The notes beneath the pieces are model-generated. The model was given only the letters and a program-made list of their open reading frames with translations, did not search any database and had not been told where the DNA came from. Below are positions 1 to 13,195 of a DNA stretch of 64,000 nucleotides, piece by piece. The translations under genes and the position numbers were made by a program. Source of the DNA: Eledone cirrhosa (taxonomy: Eukaryota); assembly GCA_964016885.1 (NCBI GenBank), contig OZ024743.1, forward strand, positions 185,938,001-186,002,000, given 5' to 3'. The stretch's first letter is position 1, and each line of letters starts with the position of its first letter.

Positions 1-151
1 CAGCAATACATTCAGATGCCGGGTCAAATCCCACAAATTCAACAATATGGTATTCCTGCTAATGCCCAATTCCAACCAATGCCAGGCCAGTCACCATATG
101 GTCAGCCAACCTATGGATATCAAGTCCCTCAAGGATTTGCTCCTTCTCAAC
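1..151 (+). CDS. PEF1: Peflin-like penta-EF-hand protein, Q/P/G/Y-rich N-terminal exon (5' part outside window)
   Basis: Frame 1 is open: QQYIQMPGQIPQIQQYGIPANAQFQPMPGQSPYGQPTYGYQVPQGFAPSQ. Donor C|GTAAGA at 151/152, phase 1, matching the next exon. Confidence 0.8.
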
Positions 152-828
152 GTAAGACTGATTCTTTTTTAATTTTGATTCACAAATATAATTAACATAT
201 TACATGATAAACACACCCTGTACAAACAAAGGGTCAGAAAGACTCTTCAGTTGCGACAACAGTATGAAACTTCTTTAGAATTGGTGATCTATATAATAAA
301 GTCTCTTTCCTATCACATTTTGATATCGTGCACAACTGTTTTAATTTCTATCTCTATTCTCTTACTCTGTATGTTATTTCTCTAGTTCCCCTGTCAATTG
401 CAAAACTCTAGCTTCTTTCCACCCACCCCCTCTTACTTGTGCTATTTTTTTCCTTTCTGATTCTTCCATCTTTCTCTATATTTCACTGTATGCTCACATG
501 ACTGTCTTGCTTACTGACAGATTGCTGGGTATGCTTTTACTCTTTTCTTTCTTTCTCTCTACCACCTATCTATTTATTTAATCTTCCTATCTTTATAACA
601 CTTTCTCTCTCTTTCACTTTACTCAGCATAGCCACTGCTTTCTCTTTCCACATTTCTATAGAGTGACAGAAAGCAATAAACTAGCAAACAAAAAAGGGTC
701 ATGCAACTTATAATATTGATAACATACTTAATCATAACGAATAGGATACTGATCAGAATTGGATTTTAAAGAAAACAATTTTATCAAATATGCACTTTAT
801 ATACATTTTCTTTTCAAACCATTTTTAG

Positions 829-984
829 CCACTGTACCCCCAGGCATTGACCCAGAAGTGTATAGCTGGTTTATGAGTGTTGATGCTGATCACTCTGGTA
901 AAATTGCATCCAAAGAATTACAACAGGCCTTAATCTATGGTAACTGGAAACATTCAACTGATAAATCAGCCCGCTTAATGATAT
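829..984 (+). CDS. PEF1: Peflin-like exon (EF1)
   Basis: TTTTTAG acceptor; [39 protein letters not shown] matches the PEF-family EF1; donor T|GTAAGT, phase 1. Confidence 0.9.
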
Positions 985-1236
985 GTAAGTATTTGATTTT
1001 ATTGCCTTGTGAAGACTGGTTAGTAGGTGCAGAGTTTACAGCATCTAGGAAACAAAATAAAAAGTTGAAACACTAGTGATTTGAGAAAGCTGTTGACGTG
1101 ATTTCTGTTTGATATATATTATGAATGCTGTCAACTCTGTGAGAATGTTATAAGTTGCCGATGACAAATACTTTTTCTCAAAGTAATTTACATCAACAAG
1201 ATTGACATGGCAGTCGAGACATAATATAATGCTTAT

Positions 1237-1439
1237 TGTATATACTCCAATATAAGCTGCCCTACTATTTTATGTCTGATAAATGGGCAAAAATCAAAAC
1301 CCCATTTACCCATTTATAAGCCAAGGCATCTAATCAACACATTGTTTAAATGGCATATATAAGGCCCCCCCCCCCCCCCCATTTTACCATCAATTTTTTT
1401 TTGGTTACATATTCCTTGGTTTATATTTGAGTATATACA
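1237..1439. mobile_element. Tc1/mariner-pogo-like MITE
   Basis: Terminal inverted repeats TGTATATACTC(CAATATAAGC)...(GTTTATATTT)GAGTATATACA. Confidence 0.55.
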
Positions 1440-1639
1440 TTAACTTTTTCATTTCTAAAAACAGAAATGCTCGAAACTGCTTTGATTTAATCTATTCATA
1501 TTCAAATCAAAATACTGACATAGATCATGTTACTAAATTACTGATATGCTTTATCACTGTGGTGGGGATTTTATGACCTCAGAAATTTTTGGTTATAATT
1601 TTTCAAATCTGTTGTTTTCCTTATTTCTGTAATGAGCAC

Positions 1640-2062
1640 CAAGTCCACTCTGTAGGGTGGGAGTGCTGGTGCCACAAAAAATAAAATACCCAGTCCATCC
1701 TGTAAGGTGGTTGACATTAGGAAGGACATCCAGCCATAGAAAATCCAGCCGAAAACGGAGTGTATGAGCAAGATGTGGTCACTTGACCTGTCTGGCCTCA
1801 TAACATGACAGCCTGTCTAACCCATGCAAGCATGGAAAATAGACATTACATGGCTATTATCATTAAAATACACCCACATACATACACTCACATATGTATG
1901 TATCCTGGATTTTAGAATAGGTACACTATCCCTGCATGTCATATGAGGCAACTGAAAGGGTTGGTACCAAAAAGGGCATCCAGTTGTAAAACATTCTCAA
2001 ACCATCCCATCCAAACTCATTCCTGTATGGAAAAGTAGACGTAAAAACATGATGATGATGAT
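1640..2062 (+). mobile_element. Two SINE/RTE-type 3' tail fragments
   Basis: TTAGGAAGGACATCCAGC...CATGCAAGCATGGAAAA..GACATTA tail motif, and a second copy ending in (GAT)n; the motif recurs throughout the window. Confidence 0.65.
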
Positions 2063-2069
2063 GGCAATG

Positions 2070-2269
2070 CCATGGATAATCTCTGAAAAGATCTTATAAG
2101 GATCTTCAAAGAGTTTGACATACACATCAGTTAAAACCAACTTGACCAATGTCAACTTTCTCAACATCGTTTTGGACGTCAAAAGTGGTAAGCCTAACGC
2201 CTATAAGAAACCTACTGAAGAAACTATATATATATATATTTATAAACGATGATGATGATGATGATGATG

Positions 2270-2323
<54 letters not shown>

Positions 2324-2490
2324 ATCTCTAACCCACACTTCACCCCCAGCTATAATTATGAACCTTGTATATGGGATTAGTAGAATCTCTAGCTTATTTT
2401 CCAATAGAGATGTCTTTGGCAAGGCTGAAACCCATTACAAGGCATTAGTAAAAAGTGGATATAAGGAAAAGCTAGCCTATGTCTTATATG
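2070..2490 (+). mobile_element. Penelope-like element RT C-terminal fragment, split by (GAT)n(TA)n
   Basis: Decayed translation NLTNVNFLNIVLDVKSGKPNAYKKPTEETIYI...PPAIIMNL..ISRISSLFSN..VF...YKALVKSGY resembles the PLE RT thumb (FLD..YxKP..SxHP..SGY). Confidence 0.65.
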
Positions 2491-2594
2491 GAAGATTAAA
2501 TTGCTTTACAAAATATTAGCAAAGAAAAAAAATGGACAAACAGGATGGAATTAGGATATTTTAACCATAATTGACATTTAGGAAGTTATGTAAT

Positions 2595-3155
2595 ATGTCA
2601 TCATCAATCCTCATCATCTTCGTTTGTCCATTTTTCCATGCTAACATGGGTTAGATGAGTTGTCCCATTGGGAGTCGAGCCAGGTCAGATGACCATGTCT
2701 TGCTCATACAGAACTGTTTCTGGCTTGGTTTCTACATCTGGATGCCTTTCCTAAAGCCAATCACATTTACTGTATGGACTGGGAGTCTTTTATCGTGGCA
2801 CCAAAACGACCGCTTTACAGTGTGGACTGGGCTCTTTTTGTCATGATACCTATACGACAACTTGACAGTGTGGAGTAGGTGCTTTTAGTTGTAGCACCAA
2901 CATGACTACTTTACAGTGTGGACTGAGTGCTTTTGTCATGGCACCAAAATGGCCACTTTACAGTGTAGACTGGGTACTTGGCACCAAAATGGCCTCTATT
3001 TATCATGTCACCATCATGACCTCTTTGGATTGGGTGTTTTTGAGGTGACTCCATCATGGCCACTTTACAGGGTGGACTGGACGTTTATTGCCGTGTCACT
3101 AACATGACCACACCACGGGCTGGACTGGGTGCTTTTGTCATGTCACCAACCCATC
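2595..3155 (-). mobile_element. SINE body/tail with internal ~42-bp tandem units
   Basis: Reverse tail motif followed by about 9 diverged units TTTACAGTGTGGACTGGGTGCTTTTGTCATGGCACCAACATGACCAC. Confidence 0.7.
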
Positions 3156-3269
3156 TATACCATAGACACCTTCTGTCCAAATCTTAAAAACATCAGCTAG
3201 TGAAAGATATATATTTAATTAACCTTCCAAATAATGTAATATAATATATTTATATGATATAATAATTAT

Positions 3270-5010
3270 ATATCTTCTTCGCCTACTTATTCCTGAGAGA
3301 GTATTAGGGCAGTCCTCAAACACTCTACCTGGAGCAACTCTACCTGGAGCAACTCTACCTGTAGCAACTCTCTGATCTTCAAGCTATGCACTCTATTGAG
3401 TAATGTTACTTCAAAGACCCTTCAAAGTAACCCCATTTCGGCTGCTTGTATTCATGATTATTTTTTCGGTCATTATCCAAGATTCATGACCATAGGTAAG
3501 GGTTGGCACAAATACTGAATTGAAGATAGCGAGTTTGGCTTTTGCACCTACCTCCCTTCTTTCTATTACCGAATGCTGATCCTGGTGCATTACTGCACCA
3601 GCTCCAACAATTCTTGCACTTAATTAAGTCTTCTGTCTTTCATCACTTGTGAACATGGCTCCGAAATACTTGAACTTCTTCACTTGCTTCAGTGGAACTC
3701 TATTCACATGTAGAGTGCACTATGCAAGCTTCCTTGAGAGGATAAGTGTCTCAGTTTTTGCAGCACTGATTTTTATTCCAGCCATGCACCACTCGGCATC
3801 AAACCTATCAAGTGGAAGTCGGAGATCACCTTCTGTCTAGCTAAAAAATACCATGTCATCTGCAACTTCCAGCCAACAGATTCTATATTTGCCAGGTGTG
3901 ATATCACTTCCAACATGGCTGCACATGTCAACCCTGTTCAAGAAAATAATGAACAGGAGAGGAGACAGTACACATCCTTGGCAGAGTCCGACTCCCACAT
4001 TGAATGGTTTTGATTTAGCACCATTTATCTGAACACAGTTGAGCGTTCGTATAGAGACATCAGGGCAACAAGAAACTGACCATCAATCCCATACTCATGC
4101 AGAACCTTCCGCAGCAGGTTCCGAGGAATGCAGTCATATACCTTTTCAAGGTCTATAAAACAAGAATACACTTCGCAGTACTCTCGGGATTTCTCAAAGA
4201 CCTGCTGCAGTCTGAATATTTGGTTGGCTGTGCTGCGTCCAGGGTGAAAACCACTCTGTTCATCAGCTAGCTTGGACTCGACAATCTCCCTACATCTCTT
4301 TTCATAGACTTTACCAGGGAGGGTTAACAAGGAGATCCCTCTATAATTAGAGAAATATGTCTCCCTTTTTGAAAATTGTGATTATCACTCTCAATTCCCA
4401 TTGCTTAGGTGCCTTTTCAGAGATCCACACCACCCAGCAAACATAAATCAGCCAGAGAATACCTTTTTAAGGCTTTTAACATTTAGGGCCGAATTTTATC
4501 TTCCCCAGCGGCCTTGCCACATTTAAGCTCTTTAATTGCTTTTGTGACCTCAGCCGCCAAGAGATTAGTCATCGCTCCCAGATGCACCTCGTATATATTG
4601 GAAGATGTTGTTATGATCAGATTTAGGAAATCAGCAAAGTATTCTCTTCATCTCGTGAATATGTACTCCTGAAGAGAGGACAACCCCAGACACATTCCTA
4701 ATAGCAGGTGTGGAGTAGGACTTATTATTATGAAATTGATGGATGGTCTGCCAGAACACTTTATTTGCTGATCTGAAGTCAGATTCCAGCTGCACACCAA
4801 AATTCTCCCATGTTGTAACTTTGGACACCTTTACTGTCTCTGCTGTGATTCTTCGTGCTTGCTTGTACTGCAAGTGCAAGAAGGGCTTATTTCCAAGCCA
4901 AGCTTTTTAGGCCTCCTCCTTTGCTTGGATAGCATCTTTAACTTCTTGATTGAACCAAGGAATCCTCCTGTTATCTGGCACCACACAAGCTTCTTTCACT
5001 CGCATCATTT
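3270..5010 (-). mobile_element. Decayed RTE-clade LINE (RT domain)
   Basis: ORF 4025-4330 EQSGFHPGRST..QIF...CFIDLEKVYD; GLCQGCVLSPLLF downstream on the minus strand; many stops and frameshifts. Terminal segment shared with 46685-46740. Confidence 0.85.
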
Positions 5011-5404
5011 AACCACTAAGCTGATAATTATTTATTATAATTATATATATAAAACATTAATTATAATATATTAACTAACAATTCCTTTTTACATGATGAT
5101 ATTTAAGCAAAATTTAAATAACATAATATTTCATTACTTTTTTCACTTGTTCTTACCTGAAATTAGAGTAGTTTTGAAGCACAAATTCTGTAATAGATTT
5201 TACATAACCTTATGCTGTATTTCAAATACCATGTTAAATATATTAATAAAAAAAAATTAATGGTTGTTTTAAGAGACCAATCTAAATTCATTATTATTTG
5301 AGAATTTGATTAATAGATTTTAGTTTGGAATACAGTAATGAAAGAGTTAAAGTAGTTTGATTGGCATATTTATAATAAACTTAAATTTTTTTAATAATTT
5401 CCAG

Positions 5405-5548
5405 CAATGTTTACCAAAGACCAGAATGGTTCAATTGACTTGATCCAGTTTCAGCATCTTTGGAAATTTCTCCAAGAAATGCAGGCTGTTTTTAACAGAT
5501 ATGATCCAACTCGTTCTGGAAAAATTGGTATGGGGGAATTACAAACTG
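5405..5548 (+). CDS. PEF1: Peflin-like exon (EF2-EF3)
   Basis: TTTCCAG acceptor; SMFTKDQNGSIDLIQFQHLWKFLQEMQAVFNRYDPTRSGKIGMGELQT; donor G|GTAAGT, phase 1. Not in the ORF track. Confidence 0.9.
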
Positions 5549-5687
5549 GTAAGTGAAGCTAATTTTGGTTGAGAGTTTTTCTTACTAAAAACAACAAAAT
5601 GGTAGAGAGGTGGTCAAAATGCTTTGCAATATTGAGTCTGCTTTACATTCTGAGTGCAAATCTTACCAGGGTCAATCATATAGTTAA

Positions 5688-5903
5688 CCCTTTAGTATTT
5701 ACATTACTCGATATTTACTATTATATTTTCATGGTAAAGGCTTTACCTCACATAATTTTCTTACATAATATCGAATCTCACATTTTCATATTTATTTTGT
5801 GAACCATACCTTAATATCAGTATGAGCGGCTGGTTACGACCAGTTTGAACAGAAAGAAGTGAGATAATTTTGGCCGGATATGGCAAGTTTAAAAGCTAAA
5901 GGG
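5688..5903. mobile_element. TTAA-flanked (piggyBac-like) MITE, family A
   Basis: TTAA|CCCTTTAG...CTAAAGGG|TTAA; inverted homolog at 35987-36206. Confidence 0.75.
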
Positions 5904-6663
5904 TTAAAGTTAGTTAAAGTCTATTCTAAGCCGAAAGCTCATCAGGCCGGTGCTTACCCCTGGTTTCCTTGGTGTTAAGCAACTGAGAGTACAAAACTTA
6001 CTCTAGACAGGATGCTACTCTACTGCAGGATTAACTCCCCAGCTACTGCTGGTACTCACTTGGAGTCTACTTCGAGAATGGACGAGAAAGGTGAATGGAG
6101 TATTATCTGAAATGCAGATAACATAAAAACAACAAAAAACCTAATCAAAGCATGCACCCATTATATTGAGAGAAAAGTAGGCCTCAAAACAAACCAAAGA
6201 AGCTATGAAGGAAAAGGTCCTCTACACATATAGGTTGTTATAATTATGACTAAGGAACCCATCTTCTCTGGTTTTGATATCAGAATGATCCTTCTTCATA
6301 CATAAACATATACACACACACAAAATTATTATATACACATACATTTGCACATATATACCCACATATGAACATATACACATATACACATATGAACATACAC
6401 TTACATATACAAACAAAAACATGTAGATGTATCTACCGTTTCTCTCTGAACACAACGGTAGATCCAGTATCGAAATATTGTTTGTTCAGCAGTTCCTCAA
6501 CAATGGTACATCCAGTGTTGAAATAAAGTTTATTCCTTAACTTCATTGTTTTCAAAGTGATAGTATGTAACGCTACAATCCACTATCGAAATAACGTTCT
6601 TTAAAACATTTGTATCATTTTGAAATAAATATTTCTTTAACTTCTTCTCAACAACGATATTAT

Positions 6664-7070
6664 CGGATTGGCAGTTTTGTTAGTGTTGGACAACATACTT
6701 TGCGGCATAGAGTTGCATCCTTTTACGTTCTGAGTTCAAATCTTGCTGAGGTTAGCTTTGCCTATCATACTAAAGGGGGTTGATAAAATAAAGCACCGAT
6801 AATGGACTGGGGTCGATTTAACCCCCCCCCCCCCCCCCCTATTTGTTGGCCTTGTGCCCAAATCAGAAACCTTTATTATTATTGTTGAACATGTTTTGCA
6901 GCATTGTTACAGCCCTTTACGTTTTGAGTTCAAAGTTAGCTTTGCTTTCACCCTTATAGGGTCGATAAAATAAAGTACCAGTAATGCACTGGCGTCGATT
7001 TGATTGACTTTCTGTTCCCTCCTAAAAAAAAAAATTGTTGGCTTTGTGCCTTAATCAGAAACTATTATTA
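6664..7070 (+). mobile_element. Two tandem SINE copies (family with GCCTTTCATCC..GGGGTCGATAAAATAAAGTACCAG core)
   Basis: B-box GAGTTCAAAT, shared core and GGCCTTGTGCC..AGAAAC tail, as at 17521-17704. Confidence 0.75.
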
Positions 7071-7093
7071 TCATTTTTTCTTTTTCATTTCAG

Positions 7094-7320
7094 CTTATCA
7101 ACAAATTGGTTTCAATATATCTCCAAGAATTGTCAGCATTATTATGATGAAATTTGTTTATGAACGTCAATCTAGCCTGGACCTCGCAAGTTTTGTTCAT
7201 TCATGTGTTCTGTTGCAACTGCTGACAAATTCTTTCAAGCAGCGTTGCCATTCTTCACTTGAAACTGCATCAATGCACTACGATGACTTCATGCTGTTGG
7301 TGGCATCATACATGTTGTAG
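7094..7320 (+). CDS. PEF1: Peflin-like last coding exon (EF4-EF5)
   Basis: Polypyrimidine tract + CAG; AYQQIGFNISPRIVSIIMMKF...LDLASFVHSCVLLQLLTNSFKQR...MHYDDFMLLVASYML, TAG ending at 7320. Confidence 0.9.
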
Positions 7321-7539
7321 TTGACTTACTGTTTTTTAAAATATTTCTTTGGTGGTTTATGTAATATATATTAGAAATATACCAAGTGATATATTATTAG
7401 AGCAATTAGTATTTTGGAGTGGATTAATCTACTGCACCTATTTTTAAGAATCTTTTTTTTATTTTTCTATCAGATTCTACACACCAGAAAGTATCATAGT
7501 TTTTCTAAGTGTACAATTTTTCTATTATGTTACTAGGTA

Positions 7540-8040
7540 TGGGCTCTTTCTATCCTCATTGCTGAGGGTTGCAGACCATGGACAATTGCACAAATGCTCA
7601 TCTATATGGTGTATGTCCATGATTCTGATGGGATGGAAAAAAGTAACATCGGTGGGTCCTGAATTCTCATTTGACTATTACTTGAAAGCTGGCTATCGAG
7701 CCATAACTCATCTGTCTTCATCACAAGGAGGAATCCGTTGGTCACTTGGAAGGTTGTCACCAAAGTGACTAAAGAGTCCTATCCACCCCAATGATCCATC
7801 TCCTCGACAGTTTGCCAACCAAGGCTAACAAGCTCTGCCTACTTGTTTTGTTTTTTTTTTACACACTATTGGATGGCCATTGACTCTCTTGAGTTCGTCT
7901 GTCCTTTGACGGGTTTTGTTTTTTATTGTGTAGGGTGTCCAAAATTCACACCCTCCTCACCAAGCAAACTTGGTGGGGTTGCCAGTTTAGTCACCAACGA
8001 TCTGTGACAGGTTGTACTAGGTTACCTTACCAGTAGCACT
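7540..8040 (-). repeat. Interspersed repeat, probably a LINE 5' region
   Basis: CCCTCCTCACCAAGCAAACTTGGTGGGGTTGCCAGTTTAGTC has an inverted homolog at about 49260-49410. Confidence 0.5.
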
Positions 8041-9384
8041 CAAGAGAAATTGGATTGTATACGCATACTCTTAATATTTGCTCATTTGTGTTGAAAGTCT
8101 AATTTTCTTCAATTTATAAAACATTAATAATTTCATTTTAGATTATTATTTTTTAATACGTTAAATCAAGAAATAACAGTTTGTTATAATATATATTTTC
8201 ATTTAATTTCATCCATTGTACTCTCTACAAAAACACATTTAAATTCTCTGCTGATGATTATATTTTATTTTATTTTTTTAATTTTTTTGACTTGGGTTGT
8301 AATTCAAGAACTTAGACATGTTGCCTAAATAACATTCTAAGATCCATAAATTAGCCTTTTTATAGAAACCAGACCAAATCCTTATTTTCTAAAATATAAT
8401 ATAATAAAATTGGATAAGATTCATTAACTAAAAAATATTATTGTAACCATATTTACTTTGATCTCCCTAACATATTGATTGTAAATTAATATCTGAAACC
8501 TACATTTTGAATGATTATTTTCATAATTTTCAATTAATTCAATTATCATCATTTCATCATGTGAATCAATGAAAATAAAGCTGAAATTTTGTTATACCCC
8601 AAACTAATATGTCTGTACATATGTTGTATAAACTAAAATATTTGTGCTGCTTTGATTTGAAAACTGAATATTATGACAGAATTTGTATATTTCATTGTTT
8701 ATTATTTTTACGCTGGATAATAAAGGGATGATGTATAGTACTTGATCAGAATTTTTATTGCAACAACTGCAAAAATTATTTCTACAGTTCAATATAGAGA
8801 ACATAATTACAGTATTATTGTAATCAGTATTAAAATATTATTTTGGGGGCGCTATGCTTCTCTTTTGGCAAAATACTAAAATAATAGAAATATATGTTGA
8901 AAATATTAATATTTGAAGTTATTTTAAGTTCTTTTTGATAAATTGTAATCATTTTTAAATAGGCTTTAAATATGAATAAAATAATTGACATTTTCTTTTG
9001 ATATTAAAGTAAAATACCAGAATTGGTCTGATAATATTAATAGATTTTCATTGATAGAGACGGTTGATATCTCTTACTTCTTTCTTCTTCATATTCTGGC
9101 AATCAAATAATTTAATTTTATGCTTTGAAGCCTAACCATTGTTAAATGAGGGGATTGGAGAAGAACCAATTAGATACTGCAACGAATGTGCCACAATCAA
9201 ATTCAATGAAGCACTGGTACTAATAATAATTATGGGGCTAATTTGAATGGTTATAGTTTAGAAAAATTCTAACAAAATAATGAATTTTCAATTGGTTGTG
9301 AACACTAATGTAAGAAATAATAAACTCCTAATTATGAGCTCAGACTAAATTCCTCATTAAAATAATTTCAATTCACTTATATCA

Positions 9385-9698
9385 CTAATCATCATTCAAA
9401 ATGCATTTTTCCATGCTAGCATGGGTTACACGAGTTATTCTCGCTGTGAGACAAGTCAGATCAGATGACTGTATCTAGCTCATACAAAACTGTTTCTGGT
9501 TTGGTTTCTATGGCTGTTTCTATGGTTTTTAAACTGTTTCTATGGTTTGGTTTCAACCACATTTACAGCAAGGACTGGATCCTTTTTATTTGTGGCACCA
9601 AAATGACTTCTTTACAGTGTGGACTGGGCACTTTTTGTCATGTCACCAACATGACCAACTGACAGATTGGACTGGGTGTTTTACAGGGTGGACTGGGT

Positions 9699-9743
<45 letters not shown>

Positions 9744-9975
9744 TATAATGCTTTTGATAAAAGCATAGTCTCCACATTTTCTGCTTTCATAAAATACAAA
9801 AAAAGAAAGATCTTATACTCATTTCCAAATTTTTTTACTTGACTGTATTCCTGCATGAGGTGACTAAAAGGGTTAGTGTCAGGAAAAGCCACTGGTTGTA
9901 AAACATGGTCTCAAAACATCCCGTTCAACCCATGTTAGCATGGAAAAGTGCACGTAAAAACAATGATGATGATTT
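9385..9975. mobile_element. Opposed SINE tail fragments around a ~43-nt poly-T
   Basis: Minus-strand tail 9385-9700, T-run 9700-9742, plus-strand tail 9850-9975. Confidence 0.6.
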
Positions 9976-10859
9976 TTTTTTTAATAATATAAATTTATTT
10001 AATTTTTTTTATTAATATCGATTGACATGATCCCAGAGCTCATTTGCTTACCAAGTGAAGTGGAACTCATCAAATCAAACCAAGGAAACGTTTCCATTGG
10101 TCCTTCTATTGCTGATACTATTTACTGGTCACAACTCGTGGCAGATGATGATAAAGAATTTAATAGAGCCAATATTTGCCTTGCTAGTAAATATTAGACA
10201 TACAAATCAAAAGATATATGAATCTGTAGTCATAAATAAAAATAAGAAATCAGTTCATTTGTGAGGTCAGTACCTTTGCTTGAGTACCAACCTGGTCAGT
10301 TAACGACTCATCCAACCCTTGCTAGCAGGGAAAGCAGACGTTAAATAATGATGATTATGATGATGATGATAATAATTTAAACTTTGAAAAGCAAGTATTT
10401 TGCATATGTCTTGTTTCTAGTTGTATATGAAACATTTGTTAAATGTCAGGTAGATATGTATTAGTATGGTTATCAATGAGATATAAGCTGAGAAAAACAG
10501 TTATATTAAGGTGATAGTTGATACAGAAGAAATAGAATAAAAAAATGAGTTAATATATTTATTTTATTTTACAGGTTTACATCTATTTTTCCAGGCTAGC
10601 ATGTATACACCTATGGAACAATAGCTTTTTTTTTAAATTTATAATTAAATACTTTGCTTACAGGAAAAACACTGAACCAACAACTAGGAATGGAACCTAT
10701 TTTTCAGGTAGCTAGATTGATGTAGGATTTGTTGTGATTTGCTCAACAGCTTGTAGGTGGATATTTTGATTAGTGAAGTTATACTATATTTTTGAGGCTT
10801 GCTTTACGTGTTAATTTCAAAACATCGTTTGTTTTGGCGCACAAGATTGAGCAGGTCTT

Positions 10860-11180
10860 GTTACCATTGCATTATCATATGTACGTAAGAACTCATAACT
10901 CCCAATAGTTGTGGTGGCACTGTAGTGACGTACTGTATTTCATGGGCATTTTTAAAACCAAAGCCCCCTCCTCTCTCCATGTCTGAACACAACCTATTTT
11001 TTTCCAGAGAAAGAAGAATCAACTCCAGTACTGGACTGACACTTCTTTTATTGACCTTGAAAGGATGAAAGGCAAAGTTGACCTTGCTGGATTTTGAACT
11101 CAGAGTGCAGAGAGCCTTAATGAATGCAACAAAGTATTCTATCTGATGTTCTAACAACTCTGCCAATTCACTGCTTATCC
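10860..11180 (-). mobile_element. SINE with extended tail
   Basis: Core AAAGGATGAAAGGCAAAGTTGACC and B-box; homologous to the + copy at 45742-46040 (their spurious ORFs share KVNFAFHPF). Confidence 0.7.
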
Positions 11181-12169
11181 TGATCATAAATCGTGTTCAA
11201 ATGAAAAATTCTTGAATATCCCTTGACAATTTATGGAAATTTCTTTATTTCTCAAGAAGTCTCCAAAATTCAATGCTTAAGATCAAGGAAGTTGAAATGA
11301 TTTTTAGTGAGTGTAGATTTTTGTGGTTTTGATGCTTAAAATTTCCTTGGTTTAGCAAAAATGTTGATAAATGACTCAGTCAAAGAAATAACTGTTATGT
11401 TTTTCTATTCATGTAATTCTACAAACTCTAGAAAAATCATTGACTGACTCATTTATCACCATTTTTTTCCTGTGACCTATTGGTTAATTTCACAAAATTA
11501 AACTAATTCTGAAAAGATTATATGTATACATAAATTAACCTTGAATTTGTATCAAAGTTTGAATTTGGAATATAATATAGCATATAATGTAGAATTTTAT
11601 TGTGTGCCATACTCTGCCAGGGCCTTGGTGACCACACTCTTCCACGATTAGTGTAGAAATGGTTGTATTAGAGGAAAGGTATACTGTGACTCATTCCTCA
11701 TCTCCCACTCTCAGAATTAACTCCTATACTTGACTAGTACTTTATTGACCTTAGAAAGATGAAAGACAGTATTGATTTCAGCAAGATTTTTAACTGAGAA
11801 TAAAATCTAATCCAATCCAGGGTCTTCTCATTCCTGTTGGAGGAACCCTTCCCTGGTTGACCTCCACCACTTTGTTTGGTTTTGGTCATATCAGGGGTGT
11901 AGCCATACTCACCACACTTGGCCAATTGTGGGCTGGTGAGGACAAAGAGCTGGAACAAATATCTCTAACAGCTTTGGCAGGTGCTGATCAACAGGCAATC
12001 AACTGCCCTTGATTTAGAAAATATTTTTGCTTTCTTGTTTGTTTTTATTTAAGCACATTTTGAGGTTTAGTTTTTGATGTTACAAGAATTGAATATTGCC
12101 ATCTAGGAACAAATCTGTTCTAACTGGATAAGTTTTGGAAGATTTCAAAAAGATATGTTAGTGTTATAT

Positions 12170-13195
12170 TGAGGTAGTACTGGTGACACGATAAAATGGA
12201 CCCAGCTCAGTTTCCAAAATGGTAGAGGCTGGTGCCTCAATGAAAATCACCCAGTCCACTTTGTAAGGTGGTAGTACTGGAGTCATGATAAAATGCTCCC
12301 AGTCCATATTGTAAAGTAGTTGGTATTAGGGAGGGCATCCAACTAGAAAGCAAGCCAAAAACAGCATGCAAGCAGGATGTAGTCACTTGACCACTCAAGC
12401 CTCACTCAGTACATGACAACCTGTCTAAGACATGCAAGCATGAAAAATTGGGCATTAAATGGTGATGATTGAACATGAAATTAATTGTATGAAAACATAA
12501 TGCTACTACTCTCTTTTGACAACACTGAGAAGCCTAAGTATTAAAAAAGAAACCAAGCTGTAGAGCAGTATCATATGCTAAATTTTAGAGAAATTAGTAA
12601 AATTTCAAAGTATCTGGTGGGTGAGAATTAGCATAAACCACGACACATAGTGTATTTCTGTTGTAATGCACCCCTTTAATCAACTGTATTTGTATTTCAA
12701 ATAAACTGTAAAATTGGTTTTGGGTTAAATTTTATCCTTGTATAAAGCATTCTGTTATATTACTTAACAGGTGACTGAACATTGTCTTAATTTTTTATTT
12801 CAGACATAGTGTGCCATGACAAAAAACACCCAGTCCATCCTTTAAGGTGGTTGTAGTGGTGTCATGACAAAAAACACCAGTTCACCCTGTAAGGTGGTTG
12901 TACTGGTGCCATGACAAAAAGCACCCAGTTCACCCTGTAAGGTGGTTGCACTGGTGCTATGACAAAATGCACTCGGTCCACTCTTTAAGGTGTTTGTATT
13001 GGTGTCATGGGAAAAGCTCCCACTACATGCTGTAATGTGGGTTGATATTAAAAAGAGTATCTTGCCACAGAGAACCTAGTCAAAAATTGAAGTTTTGAGC
13101 AAGATGTAATTACTTGACCTGTCTAGCCTCAATACCTGACACTGTCTAATCCATGCCAACATGGAAAATAAATGTTAAATGGTGATGATGATGAG
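12170..13195 (+). mobile_element. Two SINE bodies with ~42-bp internal repeats and (GAT)n tails
   Basis: 12170-12470 and 12805-13195; units GGTGCCATGACAAAAAGCACCCAGTTCACCCTGTAAGGTGGTTG. Confidence 0.7.

Noticed and set aside
2240-2422. Short ORFs with YIYI, poly-H, poly-F or poly-K runs (also 9542-9892, 26482-26877, 30465-30677, 44373-44836)
   Set aside because: Translations of microsatellites and homopolymers.
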